Of a stretch of 64,000 bases of DNA, positions 14,001 through 26,798 are shown piece by piece (the stretch's first letter is position 1; every line of letters starts with the position of its first letter). The stretch comes from the human T2T-CHM13v2.0 reference genome, Homo sapiens. A program made the translations under genes and the position numbers. The notes below the pieces were generated by a model. It made no database searches and was not told the DNA's origin. It worked only from the letters and a program-made list of their open reading frames with translations. The stretch lies in the NCBI RefSeq assembly GCF_009914755.1, contig NC_060925.1, one strand, 5' to 3'.

Positions 14001-17000
14001 AACACTCTATTTGTGCAATTTGCAAGTGTAGCTTTCAAGCGCTTTATGTTCAATGGCAGAAAAGGAAATATCTTCGTTTCAAAACTAGACAGAATCATTC
14101 CCACAAACTGCGTTGTGATGTGTTCGTTCAACTCACAGAGTTTAACCTTTCTGTTCATAGAGCAGTTAGGAAACACTCTGTTTGTAAAGTCTGTAAGTGG
14201 ATATTCTGACATCTTGTGGCCTTCGTTGGAAAAGGGATTTCTTCATATTCTGCTAGACAGAAGAATTCTCAGTAACTTCCTTGTGTTGTGTGTATTCAAA
14301 TCACAGAGTTGAACGATCCTTTACACAGAGCAGACTTGAAACACTCTTTTTGTGGAATTTGCAAGTGGAGATTTCAGCCGCTTTGAGGTCAATGGTAGAA
14401 TAGGAAATATCTTCCTATAGAAAATAGACAGAATGATTTTCAGAAACTCCTTTGTGATGTGTGCGTTCAATTCACAGAGTTTAACTTTTCATAGAGCAGT
14501 TAGGAAACACTCTGTTTGTAAAGTCTGCAAGTGGATATTCAGACCTCTTTGAGGCCTTCGTTGGAAACGGGATTTCTTCATATTATGCTAGACAGAAGAA
14601 TTCTCAGTAACTTCCTTGTGTTGTGTGTATTCAACTCACAGATTTGAACGATCCTTTACAGAGAGCAGACTTGAAACACTCTTTTTGTGGAATTTGCAAG
14701 TGGAGATTTCAGCTGCTTTGAGGTCAATGGTAGAAAAGGAATTATCTTCGTAGAAAAACTAGACAGAATGATTCTCAGAAACTCCTTTGTGATGTGTGTG
14801 TTCAACTCACAGAATTTAACCTTTCTTTTCATAGAGCAGTTAGTAAACACTCTGTTTATAAAGCCTGCAAGTGGATATTCAGACCCCTTTGAGGCCTTCG
14901 TTGGAATCGGGATTTCTTCATATTATGCAAGACAGAAGAATTCTCAGTAACTTCCTTGTGTTGTGTGTATTCAACTGACAGAGTTGAACTTTCATTTAGA
15001 GAGAGCAGATTTGAAACACTGTTTTTGTGGAATTTGCAAGTGGTGACTTCAAGCGCTTTGGGGCCAAACGCAGAAAAGGAAATATCTTCGTATAAAAACT
15101 AGACAGAATCATTCTCAGAAACTGCTGCGTGATGTGTGCGTTCAACTCTCAGAGTTTAACTTTTCTTTTCATTCAGCGGTTTGGAAACACTCTGTTTGTA
15201 AAGTCTGCACGTGGATATTTTGACCACTTAGAGGCCTTCGTTGGAAACGGGTTTTTTTCATGTAAGGCTAGACAGAAGAATTCCCAGTAACTTCCTTGTG
15301 TTGTGTGCATTCAACTCACAGAGTTGAACGTTCCCTTAGACAGAGCAGATTTGAAACACTCTATTTGTGCAATTTGCAAGTGTAGATTTCAAGCGCTTTC
15401 AGGTCAATGGCAGAAAAGGAAATATCTTCGTTTCAAAACTAGACAGAATCATTCCCACAAACTGCGTTGTGATGTGTTCGTTCAACTCACAGCGTTTTAC
15501 CTTTCTGTTCATAGAGCAGTTAGGAAACACTCTGTTTGTAAAGTCTGTAAGTGGATATTCTGACATCTTGTGGCCTTCGTTGGAAATGGGATTTCTTCAT
15601 ATTCTGCTAGACAGAAGAATTCTCAGTAACTTCCTTGTGTTGTGTGTATTCAACTGACAGAGTTGAACTTTCATTTAGAGAGAGCAGATTTGAAACACTG
15701 TTTTTGTGGAATTTGCAAGTGGAGATTTCAGCCGCTTTGAGGTCAATAGTAGAAAAGGAAATATCTTCGTAGAAAAACTAGACAGAATGATTCTCAGAAA
15801 CTCCTTTGTGATGTGTGTGTTCAACTCACAGAGTTTAACCTTTCTTTTCATAGAGCAGTTAGTAAACACTCTGTTTATAAAGTCTGCAAGTGGATATTCA
15901 GACCCCTTTGAGGCCTTCTTTGGAAACGGGATTTCTTCATATTCTGCTAGACAGAAGAATTCTCAGTAACTTCCTTGTGTTGTGTGTATTCAACTCACAG
16001 AGTTGAACGATCCTTTACACAGAGCAGACTTGAAACACTCTTTTTGTGGAATTTGCAAGTGGAGATTTCAGACGCTTTGAGGTCAATGGTAGAAAAGGAA
16101 ATATCTTCGTATAAAGACTAGACAGAATGATTCTCAGAAACTCCTTTGTGATGTGTGCGTTCAACTCACAGAGTTTAACTTTTCTTTTCATAGAGCAGTT
16201 AGGAAACACTCTGTTTGTAAAGTCTGCAAGTGGATATTCAGACCTCTTTGAGGCCTTCGTTGGAAACGGGATTTCTTCATATTATGCTAGACAGAATAAT
16301 TCTCAGTAACTTCCTTGTGTTGTGTGTATTCAACTCACAGAGTTGAACGATCCTTTACAGAGAGCAGACTTGAAACACTCTTTTTCTGGAATTTGCAAGT
16401 GGAGATTTCAGCCGCTTTGAGGTCAATGGTAGAAAAGGAAATATCTTCGTATAAAGACTAGACAGAATGATTCTCAGAAACTCCTTTGTGATTTGTGCGT
16501 TCAACTCACAGAGTTTAACTTTTCTTTTCATAGATCAGTTAGGAAACACTCTGTTTGTAAAGTCTGCAAGTGGATATTCAGACCTCTTTGAGGCCTTCGT
16601 TGGAAACGGGATTTCTTCATATTATGCTAGACAGAATAATTCTCAGTAACTTCCTTGTGTTGTGTGTATTCAACTCACAGAGTTGAACGATCCTTTAGAG
16701 AGAGCAGACTTGAAACACTCTTTTTGTGGAATTTGCAAGTGGAGATTTCAGCCGCTTTGTGGTCAATGGTAGAAAAGGAAACTATCATCGTATAAAGACT
16801 AGACAGAATGATTCTCAGAAAATCCTTTGTGATGCGTGCGTTCAACTCACAGAGTTTAACTTTTCTTTTCATAGAGCAGTTAGGAAACACTCTGTAAAGT
16901 CTGCAAGTGGATATTGAGACCCCTTTGAGGCCTTCGTTGGAAACGTGATTTCTTCATATTCTGCTAGACAGAAGAATTCTCAGTAACTTCCTTGTGTTGT

Positions 17001-20000
17001 GTGTATTCAAGTCACAGAGTTGAACGATCTTTTACACAGAGCAGACTTGAAACACTCTTTTTGTGGAATTTGCAAGTGGAGATTTCAGCCGCTTTGAGGT
17101 CAATAGTAGAAAAGGAAATATCTTCGTAGAAAAACTAGACAGAATGATTCTCAGAAACTCCTTTGTGATGTGTGTGTTCAACTCACAGAGTTTAACCTTT
17201 CTTTTCATAGAGCAGTTCGTAAACACTCTGTTTATAAAGTCTGCAAGTGGATATTCAGACCCCTTTGAGGCCTTCTTTGGAAACGGGATTTCTTCATATT
17301 ATGCTAGACAGAAGAATTCTCAGTAACTTCCTTGTGTTGTGTGTATTCAACTGACAGAGTTGAACTTTCATTTAGAGAGAGCAGATTTGAAACACTGTTT
17401 TTGTGGAATTTGCAAGTGGAGATTTCAAGCGCTTTGGGGCCAAAGGCAGAAAAGGAAATATCTTCGTATAAAAACTAGACAGAATCATTCTCAGAAACTG
17501 CTGCGTGATGTGTGCGTTCAACTCTCAGAGTTTAACTTTTCTTTACATTCAGCGGTTTGGAAACACTCTGTTTGTAAAGTCTGCACGTGGATATTTTGAC
17601 CACTTAGAGGCCTTCGTTGGAAACGGGATTTTTTCATGTAAGGCTAGACAGAAGAATTCCCAGTAACTTCCTTGTGTTGTGTGTATTCAACTCACAGAGT
17701 TGAACGTTCCGTTAGACAGAGCAGATTTGAAACACTCTATTTGTGCAATTTGCAAGTGTAGCTTTCAAGCGCTTTATGTTCAATGGCAGAAAAGGAAATA
17801 TCTTCGTTTCAAAACTAGACAGAATCATTCCCACAAACTGCGTTGTGATGTGTTCGTTCAACTCACAGAGTTTAACCTTTCTGTTCATAGAGCAGTTAGG
17901 AAACACTCTGTTTGTAAAGTCTGTAAGTGGATATTCTGACATCTTGTGGCCTTCGTTGGAAAAGGGATTTCTTCATATTCTGCTAGACAGAAGAATTCTC
18001 AGTAACTTCCTTGTGTTGTGTGTATTCAAATCACAGAGTTGAACGATCCTTTACACAGAGCAGACTTGAAACACTCTTTTTGTGGAATTTGCAAGTGGAG
18101 ATTTCAGCCGCTTTGAGGTCAATGGTAGAATAGGAAATATCTTCCTATAGAAAATAGACAGAATGATTTTCAGAAACTCCTTTGTGATGTGTGCGTTCAA
18201 TTCACAGAGTTTAACTTTTCATAGAGCAGTTAGGAAACACTCTGTTTGTAAAGTCTGCAAGTGGATATTCAGACCTCTTTGAGGCCTTCGTTGGAAACGG
18301 GATTTCTTCATATTATGCTAGACAGAAGAATTCTCAGTAACTTCCTTGTGTTGTGTGTATTCAACTCACAGATTTGAACGATCCTTTACAGAGAGCAGAC
18401 TTGAAACACTCTTTTTGTGGAATTTGCAAGTGGAGATTTCAGCTGCTTTGAGGTCAATGGTAGAAAAGGAATTATCTTCGTAGAAAAACTAGACAGAATG
18501 ATTCTCAGAAACTCCTTTGTGATGTGTGTGTTCAACTCACAGAATTTAACCTTTCTTTTCATAGAGCAGTTAGTAAACACTCTGTTTATAAAGTCTGCAA
18601 GTGGATATTCAGACCCCTTTGAGGCCTTCGTTGGAATCGGGATTTCTTCATATTATGGAAGACAGAAGAATTCTCAGTAACTTCCTTGTGTTGTGTGTAT
18701 TCAACTGACAGAGTTGAACTTTCATTTAGAGAGAGCAGATTTGAAACACTGTTTTTGTGGAATTTGCAAGTGGTGACTTCAAGCGCTTTGGGGCCAAAGG
18801 CAGAAAAGGAAATATCTTCGTATAAAAACTAGACAGAATCATTCTCAGAAACTGCTGCGTGATGTGTGCGTTCAACTCTCAGAGTTTAACTTTTCTTTTC
18901 ATTCAGCGGTTTGGAAACACTCTGTTTGTAAAGTCTGCACGTGGATATTTTGACCACTTAGAGGCCTTCGTTGGAAACGGGTTTTTTTCATGTAAGGCTA
19001 GACAGAAGAATTCCCAGTAACTTCCTTGTGTTGTGTGCATTCAACTCACAGAGTTGAACGTTCCCTTAGACAGAGCAGATTTGAAACACTCTATTTGTGC
19101 AATTTGCAAGTGTAGATTTCAAGCGCTTTCAGGTCAATGGCAGAAAAGGAAATATCTTCGTTTCAAAACTAGACAGAATCATTCCCACAAACTGCGTTGT
19201 GATGTGTTCGTTCAACTCACAGAGTTTTACCTTTCTGTTCATAGAGCAGTTAGGAAACACTCTGTTTGTAAAGTCTGTAAGTGGATATTCTGACATCTTG
19301 TGGCCTTCGTTGGAAATGGGATTTCTTCATATTCTGCTAGACAGAAGAATTCTCAGTAACTTCCTTGTGTTGTGTGTATTCAACTGACAGAGTTGAACTT
19401 TCATTTAGAGAGAGCAGATTTGAAACACTGTTTTTGTGGAATTTGCAAGTGGAGATTTCAGCCGCTTTGAGGTCAATAGTAGAAAAGGAAATATCTTCGT
19501 AGAAAAACTAGACAGAATGATTCTCAGAAACTCCTTTGTGATGTGTGTGTTCAACTCACAGAGTTTAACCTTTCTTTTCATAGAGCAGTTAGTAAACACT
19601 CTGTTTATAAAGTCTGCAAGTGGATATTCAGACCCCTTTGAGGCCTTCTTTGGAAACGGGATTTCTTCATATTCTGCTAGACAGAAGAATTCTCAGTAAC
19701 TTCCTTGTGTTGTGTGTATTCAACTCACAGAGTTGAACGATCCTTTACACAGAGCAGACTTGAAACACTCTTTTTGTGGAATTTGCAAGTGGAGATTTCA
19801 GACGCTTTGAGGTCAATGGTAGAAAAGGAAATATCTTCGTATAAAGACTAGACAGAATGATTCTCAGAAACTCCTTTGTGATGTGTGCGTTCAACTCACA
19901 GAGTTTAACTTTTCTTTTCATAGAGCAGTTAGGAAACACTCTGTTTGTAAAGTCTGCAAGTGGATATTCAGACCTCTTTGAGGCCTTCGTTGGAAACGGG

Positions 20001-23000
20001 ATTTCTTCATATTATGCTAGACAGAATAATTCTCAGTAACTTCCTTGTGTTGTGTGTATTCAACTCACAGAGTTGAACGATCCTTTACAGAGAGCAGACT
20101 TGAAACACTCTTTTTGTGGAATTTGCAAGTGGAGATTTCAGCCGCTTTGAGGTCAATGGTAGAAAAGGAAATATCTTCGTATAAAGACTAGACAGAATGA
20201 TTCTCAGAAACTCCTTTGTGATTTGTGCGTTCAACTCACGGAGTTTAACTTTTCTTTTCATAGATCAGTTAGGAAACACTCTGTTTGTAAAGTCTGCAAG
20301 TGGATATTCAGACCTCTTTGAGGCCTTCGTTGGAAACGGGATTTCTTCATATTATGCTAGACAGAATAATTCTCAGTAACTTCCTTGTGTTGTGTGTATT
20401 CAACTCACAGAGTTGAACGATCCTTTAGAGAGAGCAGACTTGAAACACTCTTTTTGTGGAATTTGCAAGTGGAGATTTCAGCCGCTTTGTGGTCAATGGT
20501 AGAAAAGGAAACTATCATCGTATAAAGACTAGACAGAATGATTCTCAGAAAATCCTTTGTGATGTGTGCGTTCAACTCACAGAGTTTAACTTTTCTTTTC
20601 ATAGAGCAGTTAGGAAACACTCTGTAAAGTCTGCAAGTGGATATTGAGACCCCTTTGAGGCCTTCGTTGGAAACGTGATTTCTTCATATTCTGCTAGACA
20701 GAAGAATTCTCAGTAACTTCCTTGTGTTGTGTGTATTCAAGTCACAGAGTTGAACGATCTTTTACACAGAGCAGACTTGAAACACTCTTTTTGTGGAATT
20801 TGCAAGTGGAGATTTCAGCCGCTTTGAGGTCAATAGTAGAAAAGGAAATATCTTCGTAGAAAAACTAGACAGAATGATTCTCAGAAACTCCTTTGTGATG
20901 TGTGTGTTCAACTCACAGAGTTTAACCTTTCTTTTCATAGAGCAGTTCGTAAACACTCTGTTTATAAAGTCTGCAAGTGGATATTCAGACCCCTTTGAGG
21001 CCTTCTTTGGAAACGGGATTTCTTCATATTATGCTAGACAGAAGAATTCTCAGTAACTTCCTTGTGTTGTGTGTATTCAACTGACAGAGTTGAACTTTCA
21101 TTTAGAGAGAGCAGATTTGAAACACTGTTTTTGTGGAATTTGCAAGTGGAGATTTCAAGCGCTTTGGGGCCAAAGGCAGAAAAGGAAATATCTTCGTATA
21201 AAAACTAGACAGAATCATTCTCAGAAACTGCTGCGTGATGTGTGCGTTCAACTCTCAGAGTTTAACTTTTCTTTACATTCAGCGGTTTGGAAACACTCTG
21301 TTTGTAAAGTCTGCACGTGGATATTTTGACCACTTAGAGGCCTTCGTTGGAAACGGGATTTTTTCATGTAAGGCTAGACAGAAGAATTCCCAGTAACTTC
21401 CTTGTGTTGTGTGCATTCAACTCACAGAGTTGAACGTTCCCTTAGACAGAGCAGATTTGAAACACTCTATTTGTGCAATTTGCAAGTGTAGATTTCAAGC
21501 GCTTTAAGGTCAACGGCAGAAAAGGAAATATCTTCGTTTCAAAACTAGACAGAATCATTCCCACAAACTGCGTTGTGATGTGTTCGTTCAACTCACAGAG
21601 TTTAACCTTTCTGTTCATAGAGCAGTTAGGAAACACTCTGTTTGTAAAGTCTGTAAGTGGATATTCTGACATCTTGTGGCCTTCGTTGGAAAAGGGATTT
21701 CTTCATATTCTGCTAGACAGAAGAATTCTCAGTAACTTCCTTGTGTTGTGTGTATTCAACTCACAGAGTTCAACGATCCTTTACACAGAGCAGACTTGAA
21801 ACACTCTTTTTGTGGAATTTGCAAGTGGAGATTTCAGCCGCTTTGAGGTCAATGGTAGAATAGGAAATATCTTCCTATAGAAAATAGACAGAATGATTTT
21901 CAGAAACTCCTTTGTGATGTGTGCGTTCAATTCACAGAGTTTAACTTTTCATAGAGCAGTTAGGAAACACTCTGTTTGTAAAGTCTGCAAGTGGATATTC
22001 AGACCTCTTTGAGGTCTTCGTTGGAAACGGGATTTCTTCATATTATGCTAGACAGAAGAATTCTCAGTAACTTCCTTGTGTTGTGTGTATTCAACTCACA
22101 GAGTTGAACGATCCTTTACAGAGAGCAGACTTGAAACACTCTTTTTGTGGAATTTGCAAGTGGAGATTTCAGCTGCTTTGAGGTCAATGGTAGAATAGGA
22201 AATATCTTCCTATAGAAACTAGACAGAATGATTCTCAGAAACTCCTTTGTGATGTGTGTGTTCAACTCACAGAATTTAACCTTTCTTTTCATAGAGCAGT
22301 TAGTAAACACTCTGTTTATAAAGTCTGCATGTGGATATTCAGACCCCTTTGAGGCCTTCGTTGGAATCGGGATTTCTTCATATTATGCAAGACAGAAGAA
22401 TTCTCAGTAACTTCCTTGTGTTGTGTGTATTCAACTGACAGAGTTGAACTTTCATTTAGAGAGAGCAGATTTGAAACACTGTTTTTGTGGAATTTGCAAG
22501 TGGTGACTTCAAGCGCTTTGGGGCCAAAGGCAGAAAAGGAAATATCTTCGTATAAAAACTAGACAGAATCATTCTCAGAAACTGCTGCGTGATGTGTGCG
22601 TTCAACTCTCAGAGTTTAACTTTTCTTTTCATTCAGCGGTTTGGAAACACTCTGTTTGTAAAGTCTGCACGTGGATATTTTGACCACTTAGAGGCCTTCG
22701 TTGGAAACGGGTTTTTTTCATGTAAGGCTAGACAGAAGAATTCCCAGTAACTTCCTTGTGTTGTGTGCATTCAACTCACAGAGTTGAACGTTCCCTTAGA
22801 CAGAGCAGATTTGAAACACTCTATTTGTGCAATTTGCAAGTGTAGATTTCAAGCGCTTTCAGGTCAATGGCAGAAAAGGAAATATCTTCGTTTCAAAACT
22901 AGACAGAATCATTCCCACAAACTGCGTTGTGATGTGTTCGTTCAACTCACAGAGTTTTACCTTTCTGTTCATAGAGCAGTTAGGAAACACTCTGTTTGTA

Positions 23001-25778
23001 AAGTCTGTAAGTGGATATTCTGACATCTTGTGGCCTTCGTTGGAAATGGGATTTCTTCATATTCTGCTAGACAGAAGAATTCTCAGTAACTTCCTTGTGT
23101 TGTGTGTATTCAACTGACAGAGTTGAACTTTCATTTAGAGAGAGCAGATTTGAAACACTGTTTTTGTGGAATTTGCAAGTGGAGATTTCAGCCGCTTTGA
23201 GGTCAATAGTAGAAAAGGAAATATCTTCGTAGAAAAACTAGACAGAATGATTCTCAGAAACTCCTTTGTGATGTGTGTGTTCAACTCACAGAGTTTAACC
23301 TTTCTTTTCATAGAGCAGTTAGTAAACACTCTGTTTATAAAGTCTGCAAGTGGATATTCAGACCCCTTTGAGGCCTTCTTTGGAAACGGGATTTCTTCAT
23401 ATTCTGCTAGACAGAAGAATTCTCAGTAACTTCCTTGTGTTGTGTGTATTCAACTCACAGAGTTGAACGATCCTTTACACAGAGCAGACTTGAAACACTC
23501 TTTTTGTGGAATTTGCAAGTGGAGATTTCAGACGCTTTGAGGTCAATGGTAGAAAAGGAAATATCTTCGTATAAAGACTAGACAGAATGATTCTCAGAAA
23601 CTCCTTTGTGATGTGTGCGTTCAACTCACAGAGTTTAACTTTTCTTTTCATAGAGCAGTTAGGAAACACTCTGTTTGTAAAGTCTGCAAGTGGATATTCA
23701 GACCTCTTTGAGGCCTTCGTTGGAAACGGGATTTCTTCATATTATGCTAGACAGAATAATTCTCAGTAACTTCCTTGTGTTGTGTGTATTCAACTCACAG
23801 AGTTGAACGATCCTTTACAGAGAGCAGACTTGAAACACTCTTTTTGTGGAATTTGCAAGTGGAGATTTCAGCCGCTTTGAGGTCAATGGTAGAAAAGGAA
23901 ATATCTTCGTATAAAGACTAGACAGAATGATTCTCAGAAACTCCTTTGTGATTTGTGCGTTCAACTCACAGAGTTTAACTTTTCTTTTCATAGATCAGTT
24001 AGGAAACACTCTGTTTGTAAAGTCTGCAAGTGGATATTCAGACCTCTTTGAGGCCTTCGTTGGAAACGGGATTTCTTCATATTATGCTAGACAGAATAAT
24101 TCTCAGTAACTTCCTTGTGTTGTGTGTATTCAACTCACAGAGTTGAACGATCCTTTAGAGAGAGCAGACTTGAAACACTCTTTTTGTGGAATTTGCAAGT
24201 GGAGATTTCAGCCGCTTTGTGGTCAATGGTAGAAAAGGAAACTATCATCGTATAAAGACTAGACAGAATGATTCTCAGAAAATCCTTTGTGATGTGTGCG
24301 TTCAACTCACAGAGTTTAACTTTTCTTTTCATAGAGCAGTTAGGAAACACTCTGTAAAGTCTGCAAGTGGATATTGAGACCCCTTTGAGGCCTTCGTTGG
24401 AAACGTGATTTCTTCATATTCTGCTAGACAGAAGAATTCTCAGTAACTTCCTTGTGTTGTGTGTATTCAAGTCACAGAGTTGAACGATCTTTTACACAGA
24501 GCAGACTTGAAACACTCTTTTTGTGGAATTTGCAAGTGGAGATTTCAGCCGCTTTGAGGTCAATAGTAGAAAAGGAAATATCTTCGTAGAAAAACTAGAC
24601 AGAATGATTCTCAGAAACTCCTTTGTGATGTGTGTGTTCAACTCACAGAGTTTAACCTTTCTTTTCATAGAGCAGTTCGTAAACACTCTGTTTATAAAGT
24701 CTGCAAGTGGATATTCAGACCCCTTTGAGGCCTTCTTTGGAAACGGGATTTCTTCATATTATGCTAGACAGAAGAATTCTCAGTAACTTCCTTGTGTTGT
24801 GTGTATTCAACTGACAGAGTTGAACTTTCATTTAGAGAGAGCAGATTTGAAACACTGTTTTTGTGGAATTTGCAAGTGGAGATTTCAAGCGCTTTGGGGC
24901 CAAAGGCAGAAAAGGAAATATCTTCGTATAAAAACTAGACAGAATCATTCTCAGAAACTGCTGCGTGATGTGTGCGTTCAACTCTCAGAGTTTAACTTTT
25001 CTTTACATTCAGCGGTTTGGAAACACTCTGTTTGTAAAGTCTGCACGTGGATATTTTGACCACTTAGAGGCCTTCGTTGGAAACGGGATTTTTTCATGTA
25101 AGGCTAGACAGAAGAATTCCCAGTAACTTCCTTGTGTTGTGTGCATTCAACTCACAGAGTTGAACGTTCCCTTAGACAGAGCAGATTTGAAACACTCTAT
25201 TTGTGCAATTTGCAAGTGTAGATTTCAAGCGCTTTAAGGTCAACGGCAGAAAAGGAAATATCTTCGTTTCAAAACTAGACAGAATCATTCCCACAAACTG
25301 CGTTGTGATGTGTTCGTTCAACTCACAGAGTTTAACCTTTCTGTTCATAGAGCAGTTAGGAAACACTCTGTTTGTAAAGTCTGTAAGTGGATATTCTGAC
25401 ATCTTGTGGCCTTCGTTGGAAAAGGGATTTCTTCATATTCTGCTAGACAGAAGAATTATCAGTAACTTCCTTGTGTTGTGTGTATTCAACTCACAGAGTT
25501 CAACGATCCTTTACACAGAGCAGACTTGAAACACTCTTTTTGTGGAATTTGCAAGTGGAGATTTCAGCCGCTTTGAGGTCAACGGTAGAATAGGAAATAT
25601 CTTCCTATAGAAAATAGACAGAATGATTTTCAGAAACTCCTTTGTGATGTGTGCGTTCAATTCACAGAGTTTAACTTTTCATAGAGCAGTTAGGAAACAC
25701 TCTGTTTGTAAAGTCTGCAAGTGGATATTCAGACCTCTTTGAGGTCTTCGTTGGAAACGGGATTTCTTCATATTATGC
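5098..25778 (+). repeat. Locally amplified 22-monomer (3730 bp) higher-order unit, four full and two shortened copies
   Basis: Copies: 5098-8487 (3390 bp, 20-mer), 8488-12217 (3730), 12218-14253 (2036, 12-mer), 14254-17983, 17984-21713, 21714-25443, plus one trailing dimer. ORF offsets 14656/18386/22116/25846 are 3730 apart. Private markers are a 5-bp TTTTC deletion, a 4-bp deletion (CACTCTGTAAAG), CATAGATC, GTTCGTAAAC and a B/A3 hybrid dimer. Confidence 0.92.
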
Positions 25779-26798
25779 TAGACAGAATAATTCTCAGTAA
25801 CTTCCTTGTGTTGTGTGTATTCAACTCACAGAGTTGAACGATCCTTTACAGAGAGCAGACTTGAAACACTCTTTTTGTGGAATTTGCAAGTGGAGATTTC
25901 AGCTGCTTTGAGGTCAATGGTAGAATAGGAAATATCTTCCTATAGAAACTAGACAGAATGATTCTCATAAACTCCTTTGTGATGTGTGCGTTCAACTCAC
26001 AGAGTTTAACCTTTCTTTTCATAGAGCAGTTAGGAAACACTCTGTTTGTAAAGTCTGCATGTGGATATTCAGACCTCTTTGAGGCCTTCCTTGGAAACGG
26101 GATTTCTTCATATTCTGCTAGACAGAAGAATTCTCAGTAACTTCCTTGTGTTGTGTGTATTCAACTCACAGAGTTGAACGATCTTTTACACAGAGCAGAC
26201 TTGAAACACTCTTTTTGTGGAATTTGCAAGTGGAGATTTCAGCCGCTTTGAGGTCAATAGTAGAAAAGGAAATATCTTCGTAGAAAAACTAGACAGAATG
26301 ATTCTTAGAAACTCCTTTGTGATGTGTGTGTTCAACTCACAGAGTTTCACCTTTCTTTTCATAGAGCAGTTAGTAAACACTCTGTTTATAAAGTCTGCAA
26401 GTGGATATTCAGACCCCTTTGAGGCCTTCGTTGGAAACGGGATTTCTTCATATTATGCTAGACAGAAGAATTCTCAGTAACTTCCTTGTGTTGTGTGTAT
26501 TCAACTGACAGAGTTGAACTTTCATTTAGAGAGAGCAGATTTGAAACACTGTTTTTGTGGAATTTGCAAGTGGAGATTTCAAGCGCTTTGGGGCCAAAGG
26601 CAGAAAAGGAAATATCTTCGTATAAAAACTAGACAGAATCATTCTCAGAAACTGCTGCGTGATGTGTGCGTTCAACTCTCAGAGTTTAACTTTTCTTTTC
26701 ATTCAGCGGTTTGGAAACACTCTGTTTGTGAAGTCTGCCCGTGGATATTTTGACCCCTTAGAGGCCTTCGTTGGAAACGGGTTTTTTTCATGTAAGGC

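Noticed and set aside
14254-25443. The 3730-bp copies as a pure assembly duplication artefact
   Set aside because: Copies differ by ordered, position-dependent SNVs, which is not expected from a false duplication. Read-level confirmation is still needed.
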